A model generated the notes under the pieces. It was not told where the DNA came from. It saw nothing but the letters and a program-made list of their open reading frames with translations, and ran no database searches. This document shows, in pieces, positions 1 through 7,701 of a stretch of 24,000 bases of DNA. Made by a program: the position numbers and the translations under genes. The stretch lies in contig CAIZLW010000116.1 of NCBI GenBank assembly GCA_903933915.1, positions 11,997 through 35,996 on the forward strand. Reading direction: 5' to 3'. Position 1 is the first letter of the stretch; the number at the start of each line of letters is the position of its first letter. Source of the stretch: an uncultured beta proteobacterium (GTDB taxonomy: Bacteria > Pseudomonadota > Gammaproteobacteria > Burkholderiales > SG8-41).

Positions 1-437
1 CGGCGCTGACCGCGCTGGCGCGCAACAAGCTCACCGCCGCTCGTACGCGACTGTCGACGCAGACCAAGGAAGGACTGGCCGCCAGTCATCACAATCTGCG
101 TTTCGGATTCCAGCACACGCGCGAATTCAGCAAGGCGCATGGCCACGGTGAACTCAATCTCAACGCGGCGTTTGCCGAGCGGCGTTACGGGCTGGATGTG
201 CTGTTGGCCGAGGGCAATCAGGTGTGGGTGCGCTTCAACGTCAACGGCACACACACCGGGCCGTTCTGCGGCATTCCGCCCGCCGGTGCGCGCATGGGCG
301 TCAATGCAGTGGCGATACTCAACTTCGACGATCAGGGCGCGATCACCAGCAGCTGGACCTTTGCCGACGAACTGGGCGTGCTGCTGCAGATCGGGCGTCC
401 CGATTTGCTGCTCGGCGAGCGAGGCGGAGTGCGGTGA
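1..437 (+). CDS. SnoaL-like predicted ester cyclase family protein (5' end outside window)
   Basis: The frame containing ORF 198..437 is open from the window edge (codons from nt 3) to TGA at 435-437. The C-terminal part LLAEGNQVWVRFNVNGTHTGPFCGIPPAGARMGVNAVAILNFDDQGAITSSWTFADELGVLLQIG matches the core pattern I recall for NTF2/SnoaL-fold ester cyclases (AEGDKV..R....GTHTG.F.GIPPTG ... W...D.LG.L.QLG). Confidence 0.6.
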   Translation, partial: ALTALARNKLTAARTRLSTQTKEGLAASHHNLRFGFQHTREFSKAHGHGELNLNAAFAERRYGLDVLLAEGNQVWVRFNVNGTHTGPFCGIPPAGARMGVNAVAILNFDDQGAITSSWTFADELGVLLQIGRPDLLLGERGGVR

Positions 438-544
438 GTTCGTATAACCACATGTTTTTAAAAGATTTTTAATGGTATATTCGAGGCATTCCCGATTTCT
501 TTGCGCGGGCTGATTTCGTCCCGCCTGACCCCGCTCCGCTGATC

Positions 545-2788
545 ATGGCCATTCGCAGCAAATCCAAAGCCGGTGCGGCAAAACCGACGAAACCGGCAAA
601 GCCGGTGCAAATCGTGAATCCCGCCATGCCCAAGGCAATGGCGGCTGCGGTGGCGTTGCAGTCCGGCGCTGCGTCACCCGCGCCGTCGTCGATGGAGATT
701 TGGGACATCTATCAGGCGGCGTTGCAGGCGCAGCGCCGCGGTGAGCTGGATGCCGCGCGCGAAGGTTATATCAAGGTGCTGGCGGTGCAGCCCGAAGATT
801 TCGATGTGCTGCACATGCTCGGCGTGCTCGAAACCCAGCGCAAGAACATGCCGGAGGCCCTGTCGCGGCTGACGCACGCGCTGCGGCTCGATCCCGACAA
901 TCCGGCCGTACACAACAATCTCGGTGTCGCGCTGTGCGGCCTGGGGCGCCATGCCGAGGGTATCGCCGAAATGCATCACGCGCTGGCGCTGGATCCGGAG
1001 TTTGCCGACGCCTGCTGCAATGTCGCCCGTGCGTTATGCGATAGCGGAAAAGCCGCAGAGTCGCTGCCTTATTTCGAGCGTGCGGTGACGCTGGAGCCGG
1101 ATGTCGCGGACATGCACTTCCAGCGCGCCGTCGTGCTCGACAAACTGCAGCATCGCGAACAGGCGCTGCTGTCCTACGACCGGGTGGTTGAACTCAATCC
1201 CGGCCATGCCGAGGCGCATTGCAGGCGTGGCCACCTGCTGTCGTATGCCAAACGCTTCAAGGATTCGCTGATCAGTTACGAGCGCGCGATCGCCGCCAAT
1301 CCGCAGTATGCCGAAGCGCACTGCAACCGCGGCAACGTGCTGCGTCTGCTGGGCCATCTGCCGGAAGCGCTGGTCAGTCTCGATCGCGCGGTTGAATTGC
1401 AAGCGCAAATCGCTCCGGCCCACCGCATCCGCGGTCTGGTGCTGACGGGACTCGGGCGCCACCAAGAAGCGCTTGCGTGTTTTGACAAGGCGCTGTCCCT
1501 GCAACCGCAGTTTGCCGATGCGATCAATGACCGCGGCAATACACTGCGCCTGCTCGGCCGTTACGACGAAGCCCTGCGTGAACAGGACCGGGCGATCGGT
1601 CTGATGCCTTCGGGCTCCGGTGCCCATGCCAACAGAGCTGTTGTCCTGATGGATCTCGGGCGTCCGCAAGAGGCACTCGATTCGATCAACCGGGCAATCC
1701 AGTATGCGCCGCAGAGTGCCGAGTTCTGGAATCTGCACGGCAACGCGCTTCAGGCGTTGAACCGCCATGCCGAGTCGGCGGCTTCGTATGGTCGCGCACT
1801 GGAGCTGCAACCGGGTTTCGGTCAGGCTGAATTCAACATCAGCATGTGCGCGCTGATCCGCGGCGAATTCGGCCGCGGCTGGCCCTTGTACGAGGCGCGC
1901 TGGCGCACCGGACAGCGGCTGGGTTGGATCAAGTTCCGCCGGCCGCAATGGAAGGGTGAAAAAACCGATGGCAGGCTGCTGGTATGGGGCGAGCAGGGCA
2001 TCGGCGACCAGATTTTTCATCTGAGCATGCTCGATTCGCTGTTCAAACGCATCAGCCACCAGCAGACCACGCTGGCGGTCACGCCGCGCCTGCTGCCGCT
2101 GGTGCAGCGCAGTTTTCCCGGCATTTCCTTTGTTCCGCTATCCCGGGCAACGCGCGTACCTTGTGATGTGCAGATTCCGCTGGGCAGCATTGGCGGACTG
2201 GTGCGGCGCTCATGGCATGATTTTCCGACACAGCGAAAATCGTATCTGATTGTCGATGAAGAGCGGGTCGATGCTTTGCGCAAGCGTCTCGATCGCGGTG
2301 ACGGCAAGCTGGTGGTCGGACTCTCCTGGCTGAGCCGCGCCGAGCACTACGGCGAGCTGAAAAGCGTCGGGCTGAACGATCTGAAGCCCTTGCTGCAATT
2401 GCCGGGCGTGAAATTCGTCGATCTGCAGTACGGCGACACTACGGCGGAGCGTGAAGAACTGCGCCGGCGCAGCGGTATCGATGTGCAGCGCCTGCCGGAT
2501 GTCGATACGTTCAATGACGTGGATGGACTGGCGGCGCTGATCCGCGCCTGCGATCTGGTGGTGACCACCAGCAATACCACTGCGCATCTCGCCGGTGCGG
2601 TCGGCGCACCGACGTTGCTGATGCTGCCGTTTGCCAGCGGCCGTCACTGGTACTGGCACGAGGAGCGCGAGGACAGTCCGTGGTATCCGTCGATGCGGCT
2701 GTTCCGCCAGCGGCAGGTCGGCGAGTGGGGCGACATCATCGCGCGGGTGCGTGATGCGGTGGCGGCCCGCATCGCCGAGGCGTCATGA
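545..2788 (+). CDS. Tetratricopeptide-repeat protein with C-terminal GT9-like (heptosyltransferase-fold) glycosyltransferase domain, paralog 1
   Basis: 747-aa ORF. Residues ~55-430 parse by eye into 11 uninterrupted 34-aa TPR units with boundaries such as ..AEAHCRRGH.., ..AEAHCNRGN.., ..ADAINDRGN... The C-terminal ~300 aa carry WGEQGIGDQIFH, VDLQYGDT, TTSNTTAHLAGAVGAPTLLMLP, HWYWH and DSPWYPSMRLFRQ, resembling the GT9 ADP-heptose transferase C-terminal half. No signal peptide. No clear SD precedes the ATG at 545, so the start is uncertain; in-frame ATGs also occur at 626 and 694. Confidence 0.8.
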   Translation: MAIRSKSKAGAAKPTKPAKPVQIVNPAMPKAMAAAVALQSGAASPAPSSMEIWDIYQAALQAQRRGELDAAREGYIKVLAVQPEDFDVLHMLGVLETQRKNMPEALSRLTHALRLDPDNPAVHNNLGVALCGLGRHAEGIAEMHHALALDPEFADACCNVARALCDSGKAAESLPYFERAVTLEPDVADMHFQRAVVLDKLQHREQALLSYDRVVELNPGHAEAHCRRGHLLSYAKRFKDSLISYERAIAANPQYAEAHCNRGNVLRLLGHLPEALVSLDRAVELQAQIAPAHRIRGLVLTGLGRHQEALACFDKALSLQPQFADAINDRGNTLRLLGRYDEALREQDRAIGLMPSGSGAHANRAVVLMDLGRPQEALDSINRAIQYAPQSAEFWNLHGNALQALNRHAESAASYGRALELQPGFGQAEFNISMCALIRGEFGRGWPLYEARWRTGQRLGWIKFRRPQWKGEKTDGRLLVWGEQGIGDQIFHLSMLDSLFKRISHQQTTLAVTPRLLPLVQRSFPGISFVPLSRATRVPCDVQIPLGSIGGLVRRSWHDFPTQRKSYLIVDEERVDALRKRLDRGDGKLVVGLSWLSRAEHYGELKSVGLNDLKPLLQLPGVKFVDLQYGDTTAEREELRRRSGIDVQRLPDVDTFNDVDGLAALIRACDLVVTTSNTTAHLAGAVGAPTLLMLPFASGRHWYWHEEREDSPWYPSMRLFRQRQVGEWGDIIARVRDAVAARIAEAS

Positions 2789-4932
2789 AACAAAAGCCGG
2801 ACAAACGCCGGGTCGAGGTCGTCGTCAGTAAACCCGATGTGTCTGCTGCAACCGCGCTTTATCGCGAAGGCCAGGCCGCGCAAAAGCGCGGCGAGTTTCA
2901 GGCTGCGGAAGAGTGTTTTCGCCGCGCGCTGGCGCTGCAGCCCGATCATCTGAATGCCTTGCAGATGCTGGGCATACTCCAGGCCCAGCGCGGCCGTCCC
3001 GCCGAAGCGGAGGGGTTGCTGGCGCGCGCGCTGGCCATTCAGCCCGATGACCCGAGCATCCACAACAACCGCGCCAACGTGCTGTGCGCACTGCGCCGTT
3101 ATGGCGAGGCGGTTGAGCATTTTGAACGCGCGATTGCGCTCAATCCGGTATATCCCGATGCGCATGCCAATCTGGGCAAGGCGCTGTTTGATCAGGGGAT
3201 GACGGCGCAGGCGCTGTCGCGGTTTGAACGCGCGCTCGAACTCAAGCCCGATTTCACCGAGGCGCTGTTCCAGCGCGGCCTCGCCCTGATGAAGCTGCAA
3301 CGCGACAGCGAGGCGCTGGGCGCTTTTGAGCGAACGCTGAAAGTCCGTCCGGGGCATGCCGATACACATCTCAATCGCGGCAACCTGCTGCGCAAAATGG
3401 GCCGCGCCGAAGACGCGCTGATCAGTTTTGAGCGCGCGATTGCCGCCAATCCCGAATGTGCGGAGGCGCACTGCAACCGCGGCAATACGCTGCACGCGAT
3501 GAAATTCCTGCCCGATGCGCTGATGAGTCTGGATCGCGCTGTGGCGCTGAAGCCGGATCTGGCGCTGGCACATTGCTCGCGCGGCGGCGTGCTGGCCGAT
3601 CTCGGCCGTATGCAGGAGGCGGTCGACTGCATCGACCGCGCGATTGCGCTGCAACCGGATATGGCTGAAGCGCATGGCAACCGGGGCCTCGCCCTGCGCG
3701 GACTCAACCGCCTGAATGAAGCGATGGCGGCATTTGACCGGGCGATTGCGCTGCGTCCGGACTATGCCGGTGCCCATGCCAACCGCGGCGTGACGCTGAC
3801 CGATCTCGGCCGCTACGACGAAGCGCTGGCGGCGCTTGACCGCGCGCTGGAGATTGATCCTGCACGTGCCGATTTCTACAACACCCGCGGCAATATCCTG
3901 CAGAACGTCAACCGCCACGAAGAGGCGTTGCGCGAGTACGCGCGGGCACGGCAGTTGAAACCGGATTTTGGCGAGGCTGAATGGAACGAGAGCGTCTGCC
4001 GCTTGCTGTACGGTGATTTCGCCAAAGGCTGGCCGCTGTTCGAGAGCCGCTGGCGCAACGGCCAGACGCTCGGTGAATTGAAGTTCGCGCAGCCGCTTTG
4101 GGAGGGCGGCAAGGTGCCGGGCAATCTGCTGGCGTGGGGTGAGCAGGGCATCGGCGACCAGATTCACCAGTTGGGCATGGTCGATGGCCTCGCCGGTTCC
4201 GCCAGCGGCGTGATTGTCGCGGTCAATGATCGCCTGGTGCCGCTGGTGCAGCGCAGTTTTCCCGGCATGCGCGTGATCCCGCTGAAAGCCGCCGCCCGTG
4301 AAAAATTTGCGATGCACACCCCGACCGGCAGTCTGGGCCGTCACCTTCGGCGCAACTGGGACGAGTTTCCGACGGCGCGCAAGACCTATCTCCAGGCCGA
4401 TCCGCTTCGGGTCAGCGAACTGAAAAAGCGCATTGCCGCCAAGGGGTGGCTGATTTGCGGGCTGTCATGGCAGAGTGCGGCGCCCAGGGTCGGCTCAGCA
4501 AAAAGTATCGCGCTGCGCGATCTGGCGTCGCTGCTGGGGCTCAAGGGTGTGCAGTTTGTCGATCTGCAGTACGGCGATACCGCCGCCGAGCGCGAGGCCG
4601 CGCAAGCGGCGACGGGTATCGAGGTCAGGCATGTCGACACCGTCAACAACCGCGAAGATATCGATGGACTCGCGGCGCTGATCAGCGCCTGCGATGTGGT
4701 GGTGACGATCAGCAACACCACGGCGCATCTGGCCGGCGCGCTGGGCAAGCCGACCTTGCTGATGCTGCCCACCGGTGTTGCGCGTCACTGGTACTGGCAT
4801 GAGGGGCGCAGCGACAGCCCGTGGTATCCGTCGATGAGGATTTTCCGGCAGCGCACCATGGGCGACTGGCAGCCGGTTTTTGCCGAAGTCTGTGAGGCGC
4901 TGCAGAAACACATCAAAGCGCAGCGTGCCTGA
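2785..4932 (+). CDS. Tetratricopeptide-repeat protein with C-terminal GT9-like glycosyltransferase domain, paralog 2
   Basis: 715-aa ORF whose ATG overlaps the upstream stop (ATGA at 2785-2788). It is colinear with paralog 1: 11 TPR units, then WGEQGIGDQIHQ, VDLQYGDT, TISNTTAHLAGALGKPTLLMLP, HWYWH and DSPWYPSMRIFRQ. Confidence 0.85.
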   Translation: MKQKPDKRRVEVVVSKPDVSAATALYREGQAAQKRGEFQAAEECFRRALALQPDHLNALQMLGILQAQRGRPAEAEGLLARALAIQPDDPSIHNNRANVLCALRRYGEAVEHFERAIALNPVYPDAHANLGKALFDQGMTAQALSRFERALELKPDFTEALFQRGLALMKLQRDSEALGAFERTLKVRPGHADTHLNRGNLLRKMGRAEDALISFERAIAANPECAEAHCNRGNTLHAMKFLPDALMSLDRAVALKPDLALAHCSRGGVLADLGRMQEAVDCIDRAIALQPDMAEAHGNRGLALRGLNRLNEAMAAFDRAIALRPDYAGAHANRGVTLTDLGRYDEALAALDRALEIDPARADFYNTRGNILQNVNRHEEALREYARARQLKPDFGEAEWNESVCRLLYGDFAKGWPLFESRWRNGQTLGELKFAQPLWEGGKVPGNLLAWGEQGIGDQIHQLGMVDGLAGSASGVIVAVNDRLVPLVQRSFPGMRVIPLKAAAREKFAMHTPTGSLGRHLRRNWDEFPTARKTYLQADPLRVSELKKRIAAKGWLICGLSWQSAAPRVGSAKSIALRDLASLLGLKGVQFVDLQYGDTAAEREAAQAATGIEVRHVDTVNNREDIDGLAALISACDVVVTISNTTAHLAGALGKPTLLMLPTGVARHWYWHEGRSDSPWYPSMRIFRQRTMGDWQPVFAEVCEALQKHIKAQRA

Positions 4933-5029
4933 ACAGCGATTTACCCCGGAATAAGTCATCAGCGCCTGCTGTTCAGCAACTGTCAGACGGCGTATTGTCC
5001 GTTCGTTGCCAACAGTGGGGAGAATTCTG

Positions 5030-5698
5030 ATGCGTCTGCGCCATATGCTGAGCATTGCCCTGTTATCCGCCGCGCCGGTGACCGGCGCCTGGGTTTACGC
5101 CGCACCAGTCAGTCCGGACCTGTCGTTTTTCATCACCAGCGCGGGGCTGGGCAAGGGCGCTGATCTCGGCGGCCTGGCCGGCGCCGACCAGCACTGCCAG
5201 CAACTCGCCGCCGCAGCGGGCGCCGGCAAAAAACAATGGCGCGCCTATCTGAGTGCCACCGCGACCGGCGGCGCTCCGGCCGTTAACGCCCGCGATCGCA
5301 TCGGCAAGGGCCCCTGGTACAACGCCGAAGGCCGGCTGGTTGCGCGCAATGTCGAAGAGCTGCATGGCATCAACGGCATCAACCGCCTGACCGCGCTGAC
5401 CGAGAAGGGGGCGCGGGTCAACGGCCGTCTTGAAACCCCGAACACCCATGACATCCTCACCGGATCAATGCCCGATGGCCGCCTCGCCGTCAGCGACAAG
5501 GACAGCACCTGCGGTAACTGGACCAAAAGCGGAGAGGGCGCGGCGATGGTTGGTCACCACGACCGCTTCGGCCTGCGTGATGACGAGCCGTCGCGCTCAT
5601 GGAATTCCTCGCATCCGTCGCGCGGCTGCAGCCAGGACAACCTGAAGTCTTCCGGCGGCGCGGGCATGTTCTACTGTTTCGCGGCAAATACCAAATAA
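5030..5698 (+). CDS. Secreted four-cysteine protein, endostatin/C-type-lectin-like (DUF1554-like) domain
   Basis: ORF 5006..5698. I prefer the ATG at 5030, preceded by GGGGAG at 5017-5022. It has an N-terminal signal-like peptide (MRLRHMLSIALLSAAPVTGAWVYA). The motifs GGLAGADQHCQQLAAAAGAGKKQWRAYLS, TGSMPDGR, STCGNWT, RGCSQ and FYCFA align by eye with the collagen XVIII endostatin domain ([57 protein letters not shown]). Confidence 0.6.
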   Translation: MRLRHMLSIALLSAAPVTGAWVYAAPVSPDLSFFITSAGLGKGADLGGLAGADQHCQQLAAAAGAGKKQWRAYLSATATGGAPAVNARDRIGKGPWYNAEGRLVARNVEELHGINGINRLTALTEKGARVNGRLETPNTHDILTGSMPDGRLAVSDKDSTCGNWTKSGEGAAMVGHHDRFGLRDDEPSRSWNSSHPSRGCSQDNLKSSGGAGMFYCFAANTK

Positions 5699-5710
5699 GA
5701 AAACCGTAAC

Positions 5711-5745
5711 AAGCCCTCCTCGCGGCGGGCTTTGAATGTTTGTTC
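5711..5745 (+). terminator. Candidate rho-independent terminator
   Basis: AAGCCC (5711-5716) pairs with GGGCTT (5727-5732) around a 10-nt GC-rich loop, followed by TTTGAATGTTTGTT. It lies just after the stop at 5698. The stem is short and the U-tract interrupted. Confidence 0.4.
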
Positions 5746-5772
5746 GTGTGGCTGAGATCCGGAGGAGGAGCG

Positions 5773-6744
5773 ATGCCCTTGAAACCGTTGCGCGTGTGCT
5801 GCTTGGTGCTGGCCTGCCTGCTGCCCTTGTTGGTGCAGGCGCAGTCCTATCCCAACAAGCCGGTGCGCATGATCGCGCCCTATCCGCCGGGTGGCACCAG
5901 CGACGTTATGGCGCGGCTGGTCGCACAGAAACTGTCGGATACGCTGGGCCGGCAGGTAATCGTCGACAACCGGCCCGGGGCGGCCGGGAATCTCGGTCAT
6001 GAAATCGCCGCGCGCGCACCCGCCGACGGTTACACGCTGCTGCTGACCAGCGGCGGGGCGATGGTGACCAATGTGTTTCTCTACAAGCGCCTTGGTTTCG
6101 ACCCGTTCAGGGATTTTGCACCGGTGTCGATTGTCGCCACGGCGGCGCCGATGATGGTGATCAACCCTTCAGTCCCGGCGCGTACGGTGCAGGAATTCGT
6201 TGCACTGGCGAAAGCAAAGCCCGGTGAATTCAATTTCGGCTCGGGCGGCGTCGGCACCACCTCGCATATTGTCGGCGAGGTGTTCAAGGCGGCCACTGGT
6301 GTGAATATTGTTCATGTGCCGTACAAGGGCGGTGGCCTCGCCGTGCTGGATGTGGTGGCCGGACAGATTCCGCTGTCGTTTGCCGACATGGTGCCCTCAG
6401 TGCCGCAGGTCAAGTCCGGGCGGCTGCGCGGGCTGGCGGTGACTACGCCGCAACGCGCGCCGGTATTACCCGATGTGCCGACAATGGCCGAGGCTGGTGT
6501 TGATGCACCGTTCCCCGGGCAGTGGTGGGCGGTGGTGGCGCCGCGCCAGACGCCGCGCACAGTAATCCAGTTCCTCAATCAGCGCATCGGTGAATTCATG
6601 CGCACGCCGGAGATGCAGGAGCGGCTTGGCGGCATGGGCGCGTTTCCCGCACACACCACGCCGGAGCAGGTGACGGAGACGATGGAGCAGGGCACCCGGC
6701 AGATGGCCGCCGTGGTCAAGGCGGCGGGCATCAAGCCGGAGTAG
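5773..6744 (+). CDS. Bug family (TctC-like) tripartite tricarboxylate transporter periplasmic substrate-binding protein
   Basis: ORF 5740..6744. I prefer the ATG at 5773, preceded by GGAGGAGGAG at 5761-5770. Signal peptide MPLKPLRVCCLVLACLLPLLVQAQS, then the Bug hallmark YPNKPVRMIAPYPPGGTSD...VDNRPGAAGN...PYKG...LRGLAVTT..R...LPDVPT..E. Confidence 0.88.
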   Translation: MPLKPLRVCCLVLACLLPLLVQAQSYPNKPVRMIAPYPPGGTSDVMARLVAQKLSDTLGRQVIVDNRPGAAGNLGHEIAARAPADGYTLLLTSGGAMVTNVFLYKRLGFDPFRDFAPVSIVATAAPMMVINPSVPARTVQEFVALAKAKPGEFNFGSGGVGTTSHIVGEVFKAATGVNIVHVPYKGGGLAVLDVVAGQIPLSFADMVPSVPQVKSGRLRGLAVTTPQRAPVLPDVPTMAEAGVDAPFPGQWWAVVAPRQTPRTVIQFLNQRIGEFMRTPEMQERLGGMGAFPAHTTPEQVTETMEQGTRQMAAVVKAAGIKPE

Positions 6745-6752
6745 GCGCACAG

Positions 6753-7646
6753 TCAGCGCGCGCCGGACGTTCTCTGTTCGGCGATGAAGGTGCGGATTTC
6801 GGTGACCAGCGCCGGACTGCTTTGAATGCCCGTTTTACCGGTATGCGACACGCCGTCGAGCAACACTAGTTTCATGCCGGGACGGATGGTTTTGAGTTCC
6901 TGCATGTCCTTCAATGTATGGTCCAGCGTGCCGACGATGCCCATGGTCGGCACTTTCACTGCGGCCATCTGTTCGGCAGTGACCGCCTGATCCTTGTAAC
7001 CGCGCAGTGAAGCCGCAGTTGCGAGCTGGTCGAAGGTTTTGTCGGCGCGGCAGGCGGCCATGCGCTGCTGGATTTCTTCTTCGGTGGGTTTCATGCCGGC
7101 GGGGGCCTGACGCGTCAGCCGGCTGCGGCTGATGCAGTCGCGGGCGATTTCGGCGGCTTCGGTTTCGATGCGCGGGTTATTGGCTTCCTGCGGTGAGCGA
7201 CCCGCGCCGGCAACCTGCACGCCGGTGAGGAAACGTTCGGGATGCAGGGTCAGCAGTTGCGCGACGGTGCTGCTGCCCAGCGAAAAACCGATGATGTGCG
7301 CCTTGTCGATCTTCAACGCGTCAAGGATGCGTGCCACGTCCAGCGCCTGCTGCCGGCCGTAAGCGGCGGGTTCGCGCGGCGAGTCGCTTTTGCCGTGGCC
7401 GCGCGCATCAAAGGCGATGACGCGGAAGTCTTTCGACAGGTTGTCGACGACGCCGGGGGTGATCCAGCTCTCCAGACGTGAGGTGCCGCCGTGCAGCAGC
7501 ACGATGGCTTCGCCCTTGCCGGTGTCGATGTAGCGGAGCTTCACGCCATTGGCGTCCAGATATTTGTCTTCGTAGGTGGCTGCGGCGACGCTCGGTGCGA
7601 TGGCAGTACACAGCAGCAGTGCCGTGATGCGGATGAACGGGTTCAT
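6753..7646 (-). CDS. Secreted alpha/beta-fold hydrolase
   Basis: 297-aa ORF with a signal-like N-terminus (MNPFIRITALLLCTAIAPSVAAA). It has an HGG oxyanion motif (IVLLHGG), the nucleophile elbow GFSLGS and a late His (GVSHTG). On the minus strand AAGGAACAGG sits upstream of the ATG. Convergent with the Bug gene across an 8-nt gap. Confidence 0.8.
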   Translation of the reverse strand: MNPFIRITALLLCTAIAPSVAAATYEDKYLDANGVKLRYIDTGKGEAIVLLHGGTSRLESWITPGVVDNLSKDFRVIAFDARGHGKSDSPREPAAYGRQQALDVARILDALKIDKAHIIGFSLGSSTVAQLLTLHPERFLTGVQVAGAGRSPQEANNPRIETEAAEIARDCISRSRLTRQAPAGMKPTEEEIQQRMAACRADKTFDQLATAASLRGYKDQAVTAEQMAAVKVPTMGIVGTLDHTLKDMQELKTIRPGMKLVLLDGVSHTGKTGIQSSPALVTEIRTFIAEQRTSGAR

Positions 7647-7701
7647 GGTCCTGTTCCTTTTGCGGTTTTGTTGTTATTGCCTGATGACGTCTCGGTGCCG
7701 T

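Noticed and set aside
2644-4344. 566-aa ORF on the minus strand opposite the second TPR-GT gene (and the similar 341-aa ORF at 1034..2059 opposite the first)
   Set aside because: Both are fully antisense to ORFs with an unmistakable 34-residue TPR periodicity and conserved GT motifs. Their translations are R/A/Q/H/G-rich low-complexity sequence with no recognisable motif. This is typical of shadow ORFs in GC-rich DNA, where stop codons are rare on the antisense strand.
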